The translations under genes were made by a program, and so were the position numbers. Below the pieces are notes generated by a model. It saw nothing but the letters and a program-made list of their open reading frames with translations. It had not been told where the DNA came from and made no database searches. Positions 29,808-39,285 of a stretch of 64,000 nt of DNA are shown here, one piece after another. The stretch comes from Candidatus Anstonellales archaeon. GTDB taxonomy: Archaea; Micrarchaeota; Micrarchaeia; Anstonellales; CG1-02-47-40. The stretch lies in NCBI GenBank assembly GCA_038869735.1, contig JAWCQO010000001.1:8684-72683 (forward strand), given 5' to 3'. How positions within the stretch are numbered: the first letter of the stretch is position 1; the number at the start of each line of letters is the position of its first letter.

Positions 29808-31070
29808 TTATGCTTTAATAGTTTCTTCTCTTCTTGGACCTAGTGAGATAATCGAGACAGGAACTTGACAAAAGTCAGAAATAAAATTGATGTATTCCTT
29901 GCAGTTTGAGTCAAGTTGCTCAAAACTTTTTATTCCTTGGTTGAGGCCCCAACCAGAAAACTCTTTATATATAGGAACGCATTGGGATAAAATGGACGGT
30001 TGGGAAGGATAGGAAGTTAATGTTTTTCCTTTGTATTCATATGCGATACATGCTTTTATTTTGTGGATTCCTGAGAGAGTGTCGATTTTAGTAAGTGCGA
30101 TTTCATCGACGCCGTTTAATCTACAGGCATATTTTACTGCAACTAAGTCAAGCCAACCTATTCTTCGTGGCCTACCAGTAGTTGTACCGTATTCACTGCC
30201 TTTATTGCGTATGTAATTTGCTTGTTTTTTTGGCAATTCCGTCGGAAGAGGACCGTTACCTACACGTGAAGTGTAAGCCTTAACTACACCTATGATTTTT
30301 CCGATCTTTTTAGGTGAGAGGCCAACTCCTGTGCAAACGCCACCTGCAATTACACTTGAAGAGGTGCAGAAGGGGTAAACTCCGTGGTCAATATCTAACA
30401 GTGCGCCCTGTGCCGCTTCAAACAAGACGCTTTTGCCATTGTCTATAGCTTCATTTACTTCTGCTGAGACGTCTGAACCATATTTTTTTAATTTTGTACC
30501 ATATTCTATGTATTCTTTAGAGAAGTCTTTAAACTCGCTAGTTTCTTTGATTGGATAGAGAGATAACAATTTCTTTACTCGTTTATAAGCAAACTCCATC
30601 TTTTTCTTTATTAGGTATTTATTTATTAGATCCTCAAACCGGATGCCTACGCGTGCATACTTATCTGCGTAAGCTGGGGCGATTCCGCTTCTGGTTGACC
30701 CTGCACCTCTTTTTCCTTGTACACTATCCTCTAGTTTATCCAAAATGCGATGATATGGAGTGATTATATGTGTTTTATAGTCTATGCCTAAGTTTACCTG
30801 TATGCCTAAACTCTTCAGTGAGTCTATTTCTGAGAGGGTAACTGAAGGGTCAAGAACTACTCCCGAACCTATTAAGACTCTCTTTCCCGATATGACTCCG
30901 CAAGGAAGTAGATGAAATCTGTAAGTTTTGTTGTCTACGATAACTGTATGCCCTGCATTATTGCCCCCATTAAAGCGAACAACTAAATCTGCTGAGGCGG
31001 CGAGATAATCTGCTATTTTCCCTTTTCCTTCATCTCCCCATTGAAGACCAACAACTACGGTGGATGACAA
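29808..31070 (-). CDS. purA: Adenylosuccinate synthetase
   Basis: GLQWGDEGKGK, GGNNAGHT, EYGTTTGRPRRIGW. Confidence 0.97.
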   Translation of the reverse strand: MSSTVVVGLQWGDEGKGKIADYLAASADLVVRFNGGNNAGHTVIVDNKTYRFHLLPCGVISGKRVLIGSGVVLDPSVTLSEIDSLKSLGIQVNLGIDYKTHIITPYHRILDKLEDSVQGKRGAGSTRSGIAPAYADKYARVGIRFEDLINKYLIKKKMEFAYKRVKKLLSLYPIKETSEFKDFSKEYIEYGTKLKKYGSDVSAEVNEAIDNGKSVLFEAAQGALLDIDHGVYPFCTSSSVIAGGVCTGVGLSPKKIGKIIGVVKAYTSRVGNGPLPTELPKKQANYIRNKGSEYGTTTGRPRRIGWLDLVAVKYACRLNGVDEIALTKIDTLSGIHKIKACIAYEYKGKTLTSYPSQPSILSQCVPIYKEFSGWGLNQGIKSFEQLDSNCKEYINFISDFCQVPVSIISLGPRREETIKA

Positions 31071-31104
31071 GAAAGCACCCTACAAATTAAGGATATATGT
31101 ATTT

Positions 31105-32061
31105 TTATTTCTGTAGTTTTTCTAATACACGCCCCTTGCAAAAAGAGAGGATCTCTTCTGCCTTTTCTGGACAATCTCCGTCATAACCTGCTGCATACGG
31201 GTGGCCTCCTCCACTTCCTCCAAATACCGCTGAAACTTGGCTCATTATTGAGGAAAGGTCAACGACACTCATCCCTGCTCTGCTTACTCTTGCAGAAATT
31301 CTCAGCTGCTTTTTTCCCTTGTGGGCTACGAATGCGAAATCAGCACCAGCATACACCAAAGTTGATGCTACATGTGCCTCAAAGGAGTTTACGATAGCAG
31401 TAACTACTAAAAAGTTGCCTTTTCTTTCAAAGTTGACTCCTTGCATTGCACGCAGCATTTCAAAACGCTGGGATATGTCTGTTGGAGTATGGATTTGTTC
31501 AAGAAGCTCGTAATAAGTAATACCTGCTTTGCAGAGGAGTCGGCTAACGGTCTGGAAGGTTTTGTTGCTTGCACTTCTAAAGTGCGCGCTGTCTGAAACT
31601 ATACCTGCAAGAAGACATAGGGCTATTTTCTTGGTTATTTTGGTTTGTGGGATTAATGAGCAGAGAACTTCGCAGGTTGCGCACGAGTTAGGGTCGATTA
31701 CTGAAGTTGTAGAAGGGATAAGATCCTGATGAGGCGGGTGATGATCAATAATCAAATCAACCTTATCAGCCTTTAGATTGGGTACCAGAATACGAGAATT
31801 ACAGTCAAGTAATACTATTGATGAGAAGTTCGAGAGATTTGCTTCTGAGATACGCTCTATTTTGATGCCCAGACTTTCTGCAAGTTTGCGTGATTCAGCA
31901 TTTATGGAATCCTGCATGAAGATTGTGGATTTTGGTAAAAAAAAGTAAAGGGCAGAGGCCGAAGCAACTGCATCTAGATCCCCTTGCGAATGAAAAGTGA
32001 GTAAGACATTTGAGCTATAAAGTCTTTTGAGTGGGTTCACATGCATCTTAATTTTTCTCAC
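31105..32061 (-). CDS. DHH-family phosphoesterase (NrnA-like)
   Basis: HSQGDLDA, IDHH, GIVSDS, GGGHPYAAG. Confidence 0.85.
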   Translation of the reverse strand: MRKIKMHVNPLKRLYSSNVLLTFHSQGDLDAVASASALYFFLPKSTIFMQDSINAESRKLAESLGIKIERISEANLSNFSSIVLLDCNSRILVPNLKADKVDLIIDHHPPHQDLIPSTTSVIDPNSCATCEVLCSLIPQTKITKKIALCLLAGIVSDSAHFRSASNKTFQTVSRLLCKAGITYYELLEQIHTPTDISQRFEMLRAMQGVNFERKGNFLVVTAIVNSFEAHVASTLVYAGADFAFVAHKGKKQLRISARVSRAGMSVVDLSSIMSQVSAVFGGSGGGHPYAAGYDGDCPEKAEEILSFCKGRVLEKLQK

Positions 32062-32115
32062 CCTAATTGGTCTTTTAGAGATTTTTGATTTCTTACTTTT
32101 TTGTTACTCTTTCTG

Positions 32116-32460
32116 TTAATAAGCTTCTTTTTTTGATTCTGCTCGTTCTACGGTTTCCTTTATCTCATTCATTCTTTTGGTTATTCTTTCTTCTTGCTTT
32201 TCTATCATTTTCGCTCTGAGTTTAATGGCTTCAACTTGAGCATCAAGTGCTGCAGCGGTATCTTTAGGGTTAGATTCTATGAGAACACCGCCTACCGCCC
32301 GAAATATTTGGCCTTTTGCTGACTTCAATTCTTCCTTTGCGACTTTTATTTCTTCTTCTTGAAGAAGTAGCTGTTGCTTTTGCCCAATCACGGCTAACAG
32401 TTGGCGTTGAAGGTTCTGAAATTCGTTTATTGCATCAGCAATATTTACCACACAAATCAC
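32116..32460 (-). CDS. pfdB: Prefoldin beta subunit
   Basis: Coiled coils flanking IFRAVGGVLIE; superoperon position. Confidence 0.88.
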   Translation of the reverse strand: MICVVNIADAINEFQNLQRQLLAVIGQKQQLLLQEEEIKVAKEELKSAKGQIFRAVGGVLIESNPKDTAAALDAQVEAIKLRAKMIEKQEERITKRMNEIKETVERAESKKEAY

Positions 32461-32491
32461 CCGCCATCAATAAAACCTATTCATATTCTAA

Positions 32492-32749
32492 CTATTCTCT
32501 CACCTTTGTTTCATCTATCTCATCTACATCTTTTATTACTTGTGCAAGCCTTAAGATTGAATTGAGATGAGCTCGAAGTGCTACTAAGTCTTTGGAGCTA
32601 ATGGTTATTATTAAAGTTTTGCCAGATAGAGACATTGAGAGTGAGCTTCTATTTTTATTTTCTTCTTCACAAGAAAGTGAAGAGTAAGCGTTTTTGGCTG
32701 TCTTATTGTCCGGAAATGAAAGCTCAAGAGTGCATTTATGTTGATGCAT
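32492..32749 (-). CDS. pcc1: KEOPS subunit Pcc1
   Basis: ITISSKDLVALRAHLNSILR; synteny. Confidence 0.85.
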   Translation of the reverse strand: MHQHKCTLELSFPDNKTAKNAYSSLSCEEENKNRSSLSMSLSGKTLIITISSKDLVALRAHLNSILRLAQVIKDVDEIDETKVRE

Positions 32750-32769
32750 TACAATTCATCACTCCTCTG

Positions 32770-32901
32770 TCAGTCCGTGGTGATTGTCTTTGCAACTGGT
32801 TTTCTTTTTTTGTAAAGAATTCGTGAGCCGCATTTTGTGCAACGCACAGATTTTCCAGACAGCGCCTTTATCTCTTCTTTACATTTTCTGCACACATACA
32901 T
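32770..32901 (-). CDS. rpo12: RNA polymerase subunit Rpo12 (RpoP), 43 aa
   Basis: Below ORF cutoff: MYVCRKC..VRCTKCGSRILYKKR; synteny. Confidence 0.92.
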   Translation of the reverse strand: MYVCRKCKEEIKALSGKSVRCTKCGSRILYKKRKPVAKTITTD

Positions 32902-32917
32902 CAGAATACCACCTTTC

Positions 32918-33157
32918 TCAAGAATGTGACATTTCTTCTAAAAGCTTTTTTATGTGAGAGCCGGCTTCGCTTGAGAGGGAATAAGCTGCACCTGCAATCA
33001 TTGTAGCACATGCGCGACATTTCCATATAGAGAAAGAAACTCGCTTGACTCTTTTCTTACCGCACTTAGGGCATATGTACTTAAAGCGTTTTGAAATATT
33101 CGCCTTTGCAGCTAACTCTCGAAGAGATGCTCCTCCTCTAACGGCTTGCTTGACCAT
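32918..33157 (-). CDS. rpl37ae: 50S ribosomal protein L37Ae
   Basis: CPKCGKKRVKR..IWKCRAC..AGAAY. Confidence 0.92.
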   Translation of the reverse strand: MVKQAVRGGASLRELAAKANISKRFKYICPKCGKKRVKRVSFSIWKCRACATMIAGAAYSLSSEAGSHIKKLLEEMSHS

Positions 33158-33161
33158 TTGC

Positions 33162-33956
33162 TCACCCTTTGTTCAGTATATTTCTTAACTCGTCTCCCTT
33201 TTTAAAGGCAAGATCTATGAGCATAAGAACCTCATCTTTTGAAAACGACCCCCATCCCCCTTTCTGCATCGAACAAACAAAACCAGGGATAGTTGAGATT
33301 GTAAGTCTACATTCCATCCCACGCTCTTCGTCAAGAGAGGGGTCAAGTAAAATGTGCTTGCCGAATTTTGCAAATGTACAGCTTACAACTTTTTCTTTGA
33401 TCTCGAGATTGCTACTGTATTCTCCAACTATTATCTCTCCGTTTTCGATCTTTGGTAATCTAGTTGAAGAAAGTGCAGCCATTCCTGCAAGCAAAGCAGC
33501 ATCGAAAAGATTGCCGTCGTGATCAAGAACATAAAGGTCAAGATATAAAGCAAGGACCTTTCCTTCTTCTATAAAAAATGACTTAAGGTCGAAGGTTTCT
33601 GAACTTCTGATTCCTCTATCAACGACGCGAGCTAATTCGATAGCCTCTGGAGAGGGAGGGCCCGGTTCAAACATAAAAGAGCCGATAGGGGTAAATTCGG
33701 CTGAAGTCGAAAAGATTCCTTCATTCGGCTTATCGGCAAATGGAGGAGCTATCCCGAATTTGATGCCTGCCAAAACTTGAGTCTTTCCTATTGAAGCAAG
33801 AGCTGATCCCTCGGCGTTTTCAAAAATATTTTTTTGAAGAGTTATTGGACGATATTCGTCCTCTTTTCTTCCATCAGGGCGCTCATTCTTTTCAAGAAGT
33901 CGCTTTATGTGGTCCTTTTTTATTTCTGCAAGAATATCTTCATTTGTCATTTCCAT
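33162..33956 (-). CDS. rrp42: Exosome subunit Rrp42
   Basis: RPDGR, AEGSA, FEPGPP, ELARVVDRGIR, DHDGN. Confidence 0.94.
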   Translation of the reverse strand: MEMTNEDILAEIKKDHIKRLLEKNERPDGRKEDEYRPITLQKNIFENAEGSALASIGKTQVLAGIKFGIAPPFADKPNEGIFSTSAEFTPIGSFMFEPGPPSPEAIELARVVDRGIRSSETFDLKSFFIEEGKVLALYLDLYVLDHDGNLFDAALLAGMAALSSTRLPKIENGEIIVGEYSSNLEIKEKVVSCTFAKFGKHILLDPSLDEERGMECRLTISTIPGFVCSMQKGGWGSFSKDEVLMLIDLAFKKGDELRNILNKG

Positions 33957-33972
33957 AAGATTTCACCTTAAT

Positions 33973-34716
33973 CTAAAGAGAAAGGTCAAGAGCGTTTCCT
34001 TCTTGGGGTCGATCTTCATACACTTTTCGAAGGGCCTCAGCCTGCAACTCCGACACTTTAAAGCAAGCTTTTTGAGCCATTGAAAGCCCTTTTTTTATTT
34101 CCTCTTTTGTTAGCCGCCCGTCCATCTGCAAGAGAAGGATTTCGCCGTTTCGACGAGAGAATGCAACTGGCATATCAGATTCGCCAAAGTTGTCCTCATC
34201 CTTTGAGAGGTCCAACACGATTTCTCCCCCAACTTTCCCTACTGCTACTGCCGAAACTAGGTCTTTTATGGGGATGCCAGCATCAGCAAGAGCAACGGAT
34301 GCGGCAGTTATTGCAGCGCACCTCGTGCCGCCGTCTGATTGTAATACCTCAATATAGATATCTATCTGGGTTCGAGGGTACGCTTCAGCTATTATTACGT
34401 TCTCAAAAACTTCCTTTATAACTTTTGACAGCTCTATGCTCCTACGAGAAGGCCCGCTTTTACCATGCTCTTCAAGAGAACAAAAGGGTGCCATATTATA
34501 GCGGCATCGTATTATAGCTGTGTAAGGCGAAGCTTCGTGCTTTGGGATGCATTCGCGGGGACCGTATACGCCAGCCAAAATCTTATTTTTTCCCCAGTGA
34601 ACATAAGCAGAGCCGTTTGCTCCATTTAGCACTCGGGCTTTGATTTTGAGAGGCCGAAGATCTTCTGCCCCTCGTCCATCTAGTCTTTTTCCGTCATTGA
34701 TGAGTTGTTTTTCCAT
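33973..34716 (-). CDS. rrp41: Exosome subunit Rrp41
   Basis: RLDGR, VYGPRE, SRRSIE, SDGGTR, EDNFGESDMP. Confidence 0.95.
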   Translation of the reverse strand: MEKQLINDGKRLDGRGAEDLRPLKIKARVLNGANGSAYVHWGKNKILAGVYGPRECIPKHEASPYTAIIRCRYNMAPFCSLEEHGKSGPSRRSIELSKVIKEVFENVIIAEAYPRTQIDIYIEVLQSDGGTRCAAITAASVALADAGIPIKDLVSAVAVGKVGGEIVLDLSKDEDNFGESDMPVAFSRRNGEILLLQMDGRLTKEEIKKGLSMAQKACFKVSELQAEALRKVYEDRPQEGNALDLSL

Positions 34717-34717
34717 C

Positions 34718-35335
34718 TTAATCACCGTTATTTGAAAGAAATGTATCTATTCGGTCAGTGAGGCCGCTTATGTGAGCTTCTCTTTCTATTTTTGCCAGAG
34801 TTTTAATTGCAAGAACTGTTTTTCCTGGGCCTATCCAGACGTTGCCGTTTCTGCCAACAACAAGCTCGCAACCTGTCTTTGAGCGTATCAACTGAAGCAT
34901 AGAGTTCTTTTTTCCTATCAGCCGCGGAATTTTTACAGGCGGGAATTTGACCACTGTGCCTCCGCGAAGAAGGCGCGGTTCTTCTAGAGAGATGTTTTTG
35001 ACCTCGTCGACAAACCGAATCGTTGCGGAGAGATAATCCCCAAGCTCGAATTTGTCACGACAATCGCGAACAGAAAGAAAGCCGGGGTAGGGGGTATTTA
35101 GCCAGATGTCGTAACCTGCAAACCTCACACCTACGATGATTCCAACTACAAAGTCCCCCTCAACTGGATTGTATGGACCTTGAAGAGGGATTAGTTTTCC
35201 ATCAGGACCCTTAAGAGCAAGAACGGAGGAGAATGTTTTGCCTCCTTCTATGTAGGCGTAGTTAATGTGAAGAGGTGAGTTTGATACTAACTCGCCGGGG
35301 ACTACTATTTCAGCCATTAAGTTTGCTTTTGGCAT
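34718..35335 (-). CDS. rrp4: Exosome subunit Rrp4
   Basis: VVPGE, S1 domain, KH motif PRLIGKKNSM, GRNG, GLTDRI. Confidence 0.92.
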   Translation of the reverse strand: MPKANLMAEIVVPGELVSNSPLHINYAYIEGGKTFSSVLALKGPDGKLIPLQGPYNPVEGDFVVGIIVGVRFAGYDIWLNTPYPGFLSVRDCRDKFELGDYLSATIRFVDEVKNISLEEPRLLRGGTVVKFPPVKIPRLIGKKNSMLQLIRSKTGCELVVGRNGNVWIGPGKTVLAIKTLAKIEREAHISGLTDRIDTFLSNNGD

Positions 35336-35349
35336 TATTTCTCAACTCC

Positions 35350-36045
35350 CTATTTATCAAGAAGTTTTGTTTGTGCGGCACCTGCTGTTTGCTTATTGAG
35401 TCGTTCGTAGAATTCGCCCTGCATACCTGCGGGAATTTCAACGACTACTATTAGTTCTCCTAATTTTGTCCATTCCTCCTTTTTAATACCATAATCTTTG
35501 AGAGTTCCATAAACCTTATGTGCGTAATCAGCAGGCACTTTTACTGCTATACTTACGCGCTCAAATTTGAGAGGTATTATGGGAGTAAGCTTTTTTATCA
35601 CTTCCTCAAGCTGTGCTTCTGGTGGTTTGAATGGGTCTATTCTAATTCCAGCTTCTTCCATAGCCTGCTCGATCCTTGAATATGTGTGAGGAGCCTTGGT
35701 GCGTGGGTCTATTGCTTCACGTAGTATTATCGCAATTATTCCTCTTCTTTTTTCTTCCATGAGCTTTTTCTTCTGTTCAGTTGTAAGTTGTATCTCTCCT
35801 TTTTGTAGTATTATCTGGGCTATTTGGTATACGTCCGTTGTGTTAAAGGCTTTTAGTAACTCTGAGTCTCTGTGTCTCTCTCCTTTACGAAAATCTGCGA
35901 ATACCTCCTCTGCAACAAGTACGTTTTGTAGGTCTTTTTTCTTTCCAATTTTGTAGTCGTATCCGTTCTGTTTATCCACTAGAATCTCGAAGCGTTTTCC
36001 CCTTATTTCAATGTGGGCAATAATTGAGTTTTCTAGACTTGACAT
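35350..36045 (-). CDS. Ribosome maturation factor SBDS/SDO1
   Basis: RFEILVD, KGEIQLTTEQ, DPRTKAPH. Confidence 0.94.
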   Translation of the reverse strand: MSSLENSIIAHIEIRGKRFEILVDKQNGYDYKIGKKKDLQNVLVAEEVFADFRKGERHRDSELLKAFNTTDVYQIAQIILQKGEIQLTTEQKKKLMEEKRRGIIAIILREAIDPRTKAPHTYSRIEQAMEEAGIRIDPFKPPEAQLEEVIKKLTPIIPLKFERVSIAVKVPADYAHKVYGTLKDYGIKKEEWTKLGELIVVVEIPAGMQGEFYERLNKQTAGAAQTKLLDK

Positions 36046-36063
36046 AATTATAAATTATATAAA

Positions 36064-36771
36064 TTATTTGAGATATTTTTCCAATTCTTTTTCAGATAAG
36101 ATTGAGAATTCTCTCTTCTTTACTGTTGCAAATGCTACTTCTACTCGAGAAGGAGATAACTCTTCTGTCGTCTTTTTTAGGGCTGAGATTGCAAGAGATA
36201 TCCCTTCTTCGATGTTTATGCTTTCTTTATACTCCTTCTCGAAGAAATCTTCTGCTTCTTTTTTTCCTGCTCCGATTGCATCTGCTAGAAAGCCGGTAAG
36301 TGCACCGGAAGGTTCAGCTTCATATAGAACAGGACGCTCGTCTTGAATTCCTGCTATCAAGAGAGCGACACCAAATGGACGAATTCCACCGTATTGAGTA
36401 TAAACCTGCATAAGATCGCAAATGTTTCTTGTTATCATTTCAACGGAAGCCGGCTCGGAATATGCAAGCCTGTGACGTTGTGCATCTAATCTTGCTATAT
36501 CCACTAGCCTTCGTGCATCGGCTATTAGTCCAGATGCTGTTGTTGCTATATGGGAATCTATTTCAAATATCTTTCTCATAGATGCTGGAACGAGCAATCG
36601 GCTAGGCGCCATCTTTGAAGCGGCAAGAACTACACCATCCTTTGCAACCAAACCAACAGCTGTAGCTCCCCGTTTTACTGCTTCTTTTGCGTATTCAACC
36701 TGAAAGAGCCTACCGTCGGGAGAAAATACGGTTATGGCGCGGTCGTATGCTTGGGGTGAAACTGGATACAT
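36064..36771 (-). CDS. psmA: Proteasome alpha subunit
   Basis: [32 protein letters not shown]. Confidence 0.97.
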   Translation of the reverse strand: MYPVSPQAYDRAITVFSPDGRLFQVEYAKEAVKRGATAVGLVAKDGVVLAASKMAPSRLLVPASMRKIFEIDSHIATTASGLIADARRLVDIARLDAQRHRLAYSEPASVEMITRNICDLMQVYTQYGGIRPFGVALLIAGIQDERPVLYEAEPSGALTGFLADAIGAGKKEAEDFFEKEYKESINIEEGISLAISALKKTTEELSPSRVEVAFATVKKREFSILSEKELEKYLK

Positions 36772-36858
36772 AAGAAACACCTCTTAAAATAGATAATGCA
36801 CGTAATGGTTAGTATTTAAGATTTAAAAGGATACCTAATGAGTTGTAATGGATTTGTT

Positions 36859-37182
36859 TTATTTGGTTTGAAGTGATTTGAGAGTGCCAGAAGAGGAGAG
36901 ACATTCTATCCTTGCTTCTTGCTCGCCTATACGGCCAGATATAGCAAAGGCACCTATGAGTCTTCCAAGGTTACTTCTTTCACAGCGAAGGATTCCTTCT
37001 TTTTTGTAAGGATTATATGAGATTAACTTAAATGCGAGGCGTGCAAACCCTTCCTGTCCAAAAAATGACAAGAGGTAAGAAAAGATGAAGTTTCTTACTT
37101 CTTTTTCATTAGTTAGTTCTGCATCCTTTCCAACAACTCTGAAAAGGAGGTACCTTTGCTTAAATCGCATAGTAGGTTTCAT
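36859..37182 (-). CDS. RNase P protein Pop5/Rpp14
   Basis: KPTMRFKQRYL, SSGTLKSL; synteny. Confidence 0.88.
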   Translation of the reverse strand: MKPTMRFKQRYLLFRVVGKDAELTNEKEVRNFIFSYLLSFFGQEGFARLAFKLISYNPYKKEGILRCERSNLGRLIGAFAISGRIGEQEARIECLSSSGTLKSLQTK

Positions 37183-37634
37183 TCTATTATCCTCTTCAAA
37201 GTTTTCATTTTTTCTCTCGACTCATTTTCGCTTAGGTCTAATAGTTCTCCAAATCCTATAAGCTCACGTGCATTTCTAAGCTCTATTTGCGACTGAGCAA
37301 GTGTGCAGGGAAAAAAGTCTGCGTTATATTTTTTACATATGCGCACAAAATTGCGCATCTTTGAAAGCAAAACTGCCTTCTGAATACCGGAAACGTTAAG
37401 AAGTGGCAAGATTGGAATTGCAAATGCGCCCTTTCCTTCAGCTACTGATTTTATAGCTCCCATAGATGGCTCAAAAGAAGTTAGATAGTAGATAATTTTT
37501 GCTTTTTTTGAAATTATTTTTGAGGGCGAATCTGTTTGTAAGAAAAGGGAAGGGGGTAATGATGGTATTGAATAGAGCTTTCTGATTCCTTTTGGCATTT
37601 GAGAGAAAACAGGTAATCTTACTAAATCAAACAC
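37179..37634 (-). CDS. RNase P protein Rpp30 (short, divergent)
   Basis: Position between rpl15e and pop5; AQSQIELRNARELIGFG resembles the Rpp30 C-terminal motif. Confidence 0.65.
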   Translation of the reverse strand: MFDLVRLPVFSQMPKGIRKLYSIPSLPPSLFLQTDSPSKIISKKAKIIYYLTSFEPSMGAIKSVAEGKGAFAIPILPLLNVSGIQKAVLLSKMRNFVRICKKYNADFFPCTLAQSQIELRNARELIGFGELLDLSENESREKMKTLKRIIE

Positions 37635-38118
37635 GCGCCAAACCCCTATGTTTTCTTCCACTGTGAGTTAAGCCACGGAAGGCTCTTCCCTTTTGTAGAT
37701 TAAGCTCTGGCACTTTTTCTGGAGAGATGAGGATAACTTCAAAGTACTTATAGTTACCATCTTGTCCCACCCAATAGGAGTTTAGCACTTCGTGTGGAGC
37801 AAACTTTCTTGCTGCTCTTACTTCTGCTTGAGCTTGCAAGGAGGTTGAGGGAGAAACAAACATAATGTTCTTACCTGGTTTTCTTCCTCCTTTTGGAGTG
37901 CGTCTTTTCCTTCTTCCTCTTGCAATGCGAACGCGGGCTATTACGTAACCTTCTTTTGCTTTGTAGCCTAATGTTCGGGCACGCGCAATGTTTGATGGGC
38001 AAGAGACTCTTGTGATTGCCGGTTCTTTCCTCCAAGCGTGAAGCCTTGTCCTATATGACTCAGACTTTTCTACGTAAGATTTTCTAAAGTTCATAGTTAT
38101 GTATTTATGTGCTCTCAT
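37627..38118 (-). CDS. rpl15e: 50S ribosomal protein L15e (short C-terminus)
   Basis: ARTLGYKAKEG, EVLNSYWVGQDG, GRAFRGLT. Confidence 0.95.
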   Translation of the reverse strand: MRAHKYITMNFRKSYVEKSESYRTRLHAWRKEPAITRVSCPSNIARARTLGYKAKEGYVIARVRIARGRRKRRTPKGGRKPGKNIMFVSPSTSLQAQAEVRAARKFAPHEVLNSYWVGQDGNYKYFEVILISPEKVPELNLQKGRAFRGLTHSGRKHRGLARV

Positions 38119-38211
38119 GCTGACCCTCCTAATTCCTAATTATTTATTTATATGCTACATTTTAGAGTGTATTGAGCCTTTGAAGGGAAAGAAATATTTT
38201 GCAATTGAGTA

Positions 38212-39228
38212 TTAAAAAGGCTTGTGTGAGATTCTTTTCATTGCTTCTTGAATATGTTCTTTTTTAAGGGACATCCTGACCGGCTGATAAGTGATAGTTT
38301 CAGTGCCATGGACAACCTTGCCGATTGAGAGGTTAATCTGTCTTGGTTGCTTTTCTTCATCTTCAAAAAGAATTTCAAAGTTTCCAACGATGCGATGCTT
38401 TTTTTTATTGTTCAGTTCGCTTATTGCGTTTATTATTTCTTCGTTTTCAAAGAAGTCTATGAGCGCCTCTTTCATGGATCGATGGAGAGCAAAAATTTTT
38501 GTATCTTGATTATTGAATGTGCTTTTAATGTAAACTTTACTATGGTCTATTAAAAGATGTCCTGAGTGGGCTGCGACCATTGCTTGAACAAGATGGGATT
38601 TAAGTCGCTCCAATCTTGCTCTTTTGGAGTTGGATTCGTAAGCCGTAAGAACTTTCTTTGCTGTTAATTCAAGCTTATTTAGATGCAGAAGAGCATTGGT
38701 AACTTCTAATATGACTTCCTCAACGTCGGCTTGTGGTGGAAGACTTAATTCGTGCGGATTTTGAAGCAGAAGATAGAGGTGATTAATGTTTGCTGTTTCT
38801 TTGGATATGAGTAATTCTAAGTCATGCGCTTTTGCAGCAAAATGGGGATATGGCAAATGCTTTATCTCTTCAACCTCTGCCTCAATTTTCGTTATATTGA
38901 AAATAGAGTCTTCGATTAGGCGGCTGAAGGCTTCTAAGTTTGCATCTAAAATAAGAGCGTGTAGGTCTCTCTTTAGTTGGTTCATTTCTTTTTTTAGGTT
39001 TTTGCAAAAACATAGCACAGATACAAACTCCTTTGGAGAAGAGGAGTTGGGATTTTCTAATTCTTGGAGTTTTTTGCTAGTTTGCAAAAGAAGTGAATTA
39101 GAAGCTGAAAGTATCTCTTCTTTTTCTTTGTGCGTTATGTGAGTGAGATATCCGAGAATCTTTTTTATATGCTTTTTGAGGTTTTTGATATACCATTCTG
39201 CTTCGGTAATCCACCTTTTTTTGTACAC
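38212..39228 (-). CDS. Hypothetical alpha-helical protein
   Basis: 338-aa ORF directly after rtcB; heptad-rich; no recognised motif. Confidence 0.55.
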   Translation of the reverse strand: MYKKRWITEAEWYIKNLKKHIKKILGYLTHITHKEKEEILSASNSLLLQTSKKLQELENPNSSSPKEFVSVLCFCKNLKKEMNQLKRDLHALILDANLEAFSRLIEDSIFNITKIEAEVEEIKHLPYPHFAAKAHDLELLISKETANINHLYLLLQNPHELSLPPQADVEEVILEVTNALLHLNKLELTAKKVLTAYESNSKRARLERLKSHLVQAMVAAHSGHLLIDHSKVYIKSTFNNQDTKIFALHRSMKEALIDFFENEEIINAISELNNKKKHRIVGNFEILFEDEEKQPRQINLSIGKVVHGTETITYQPVRMSLKKEHIQEAMKRISHKPF

Positions 39229-39285
39229 CCAGATCCACCAAGAAAAGATAAGTGAGGCCGATTAATAAAGATTTCTTCTATTCCT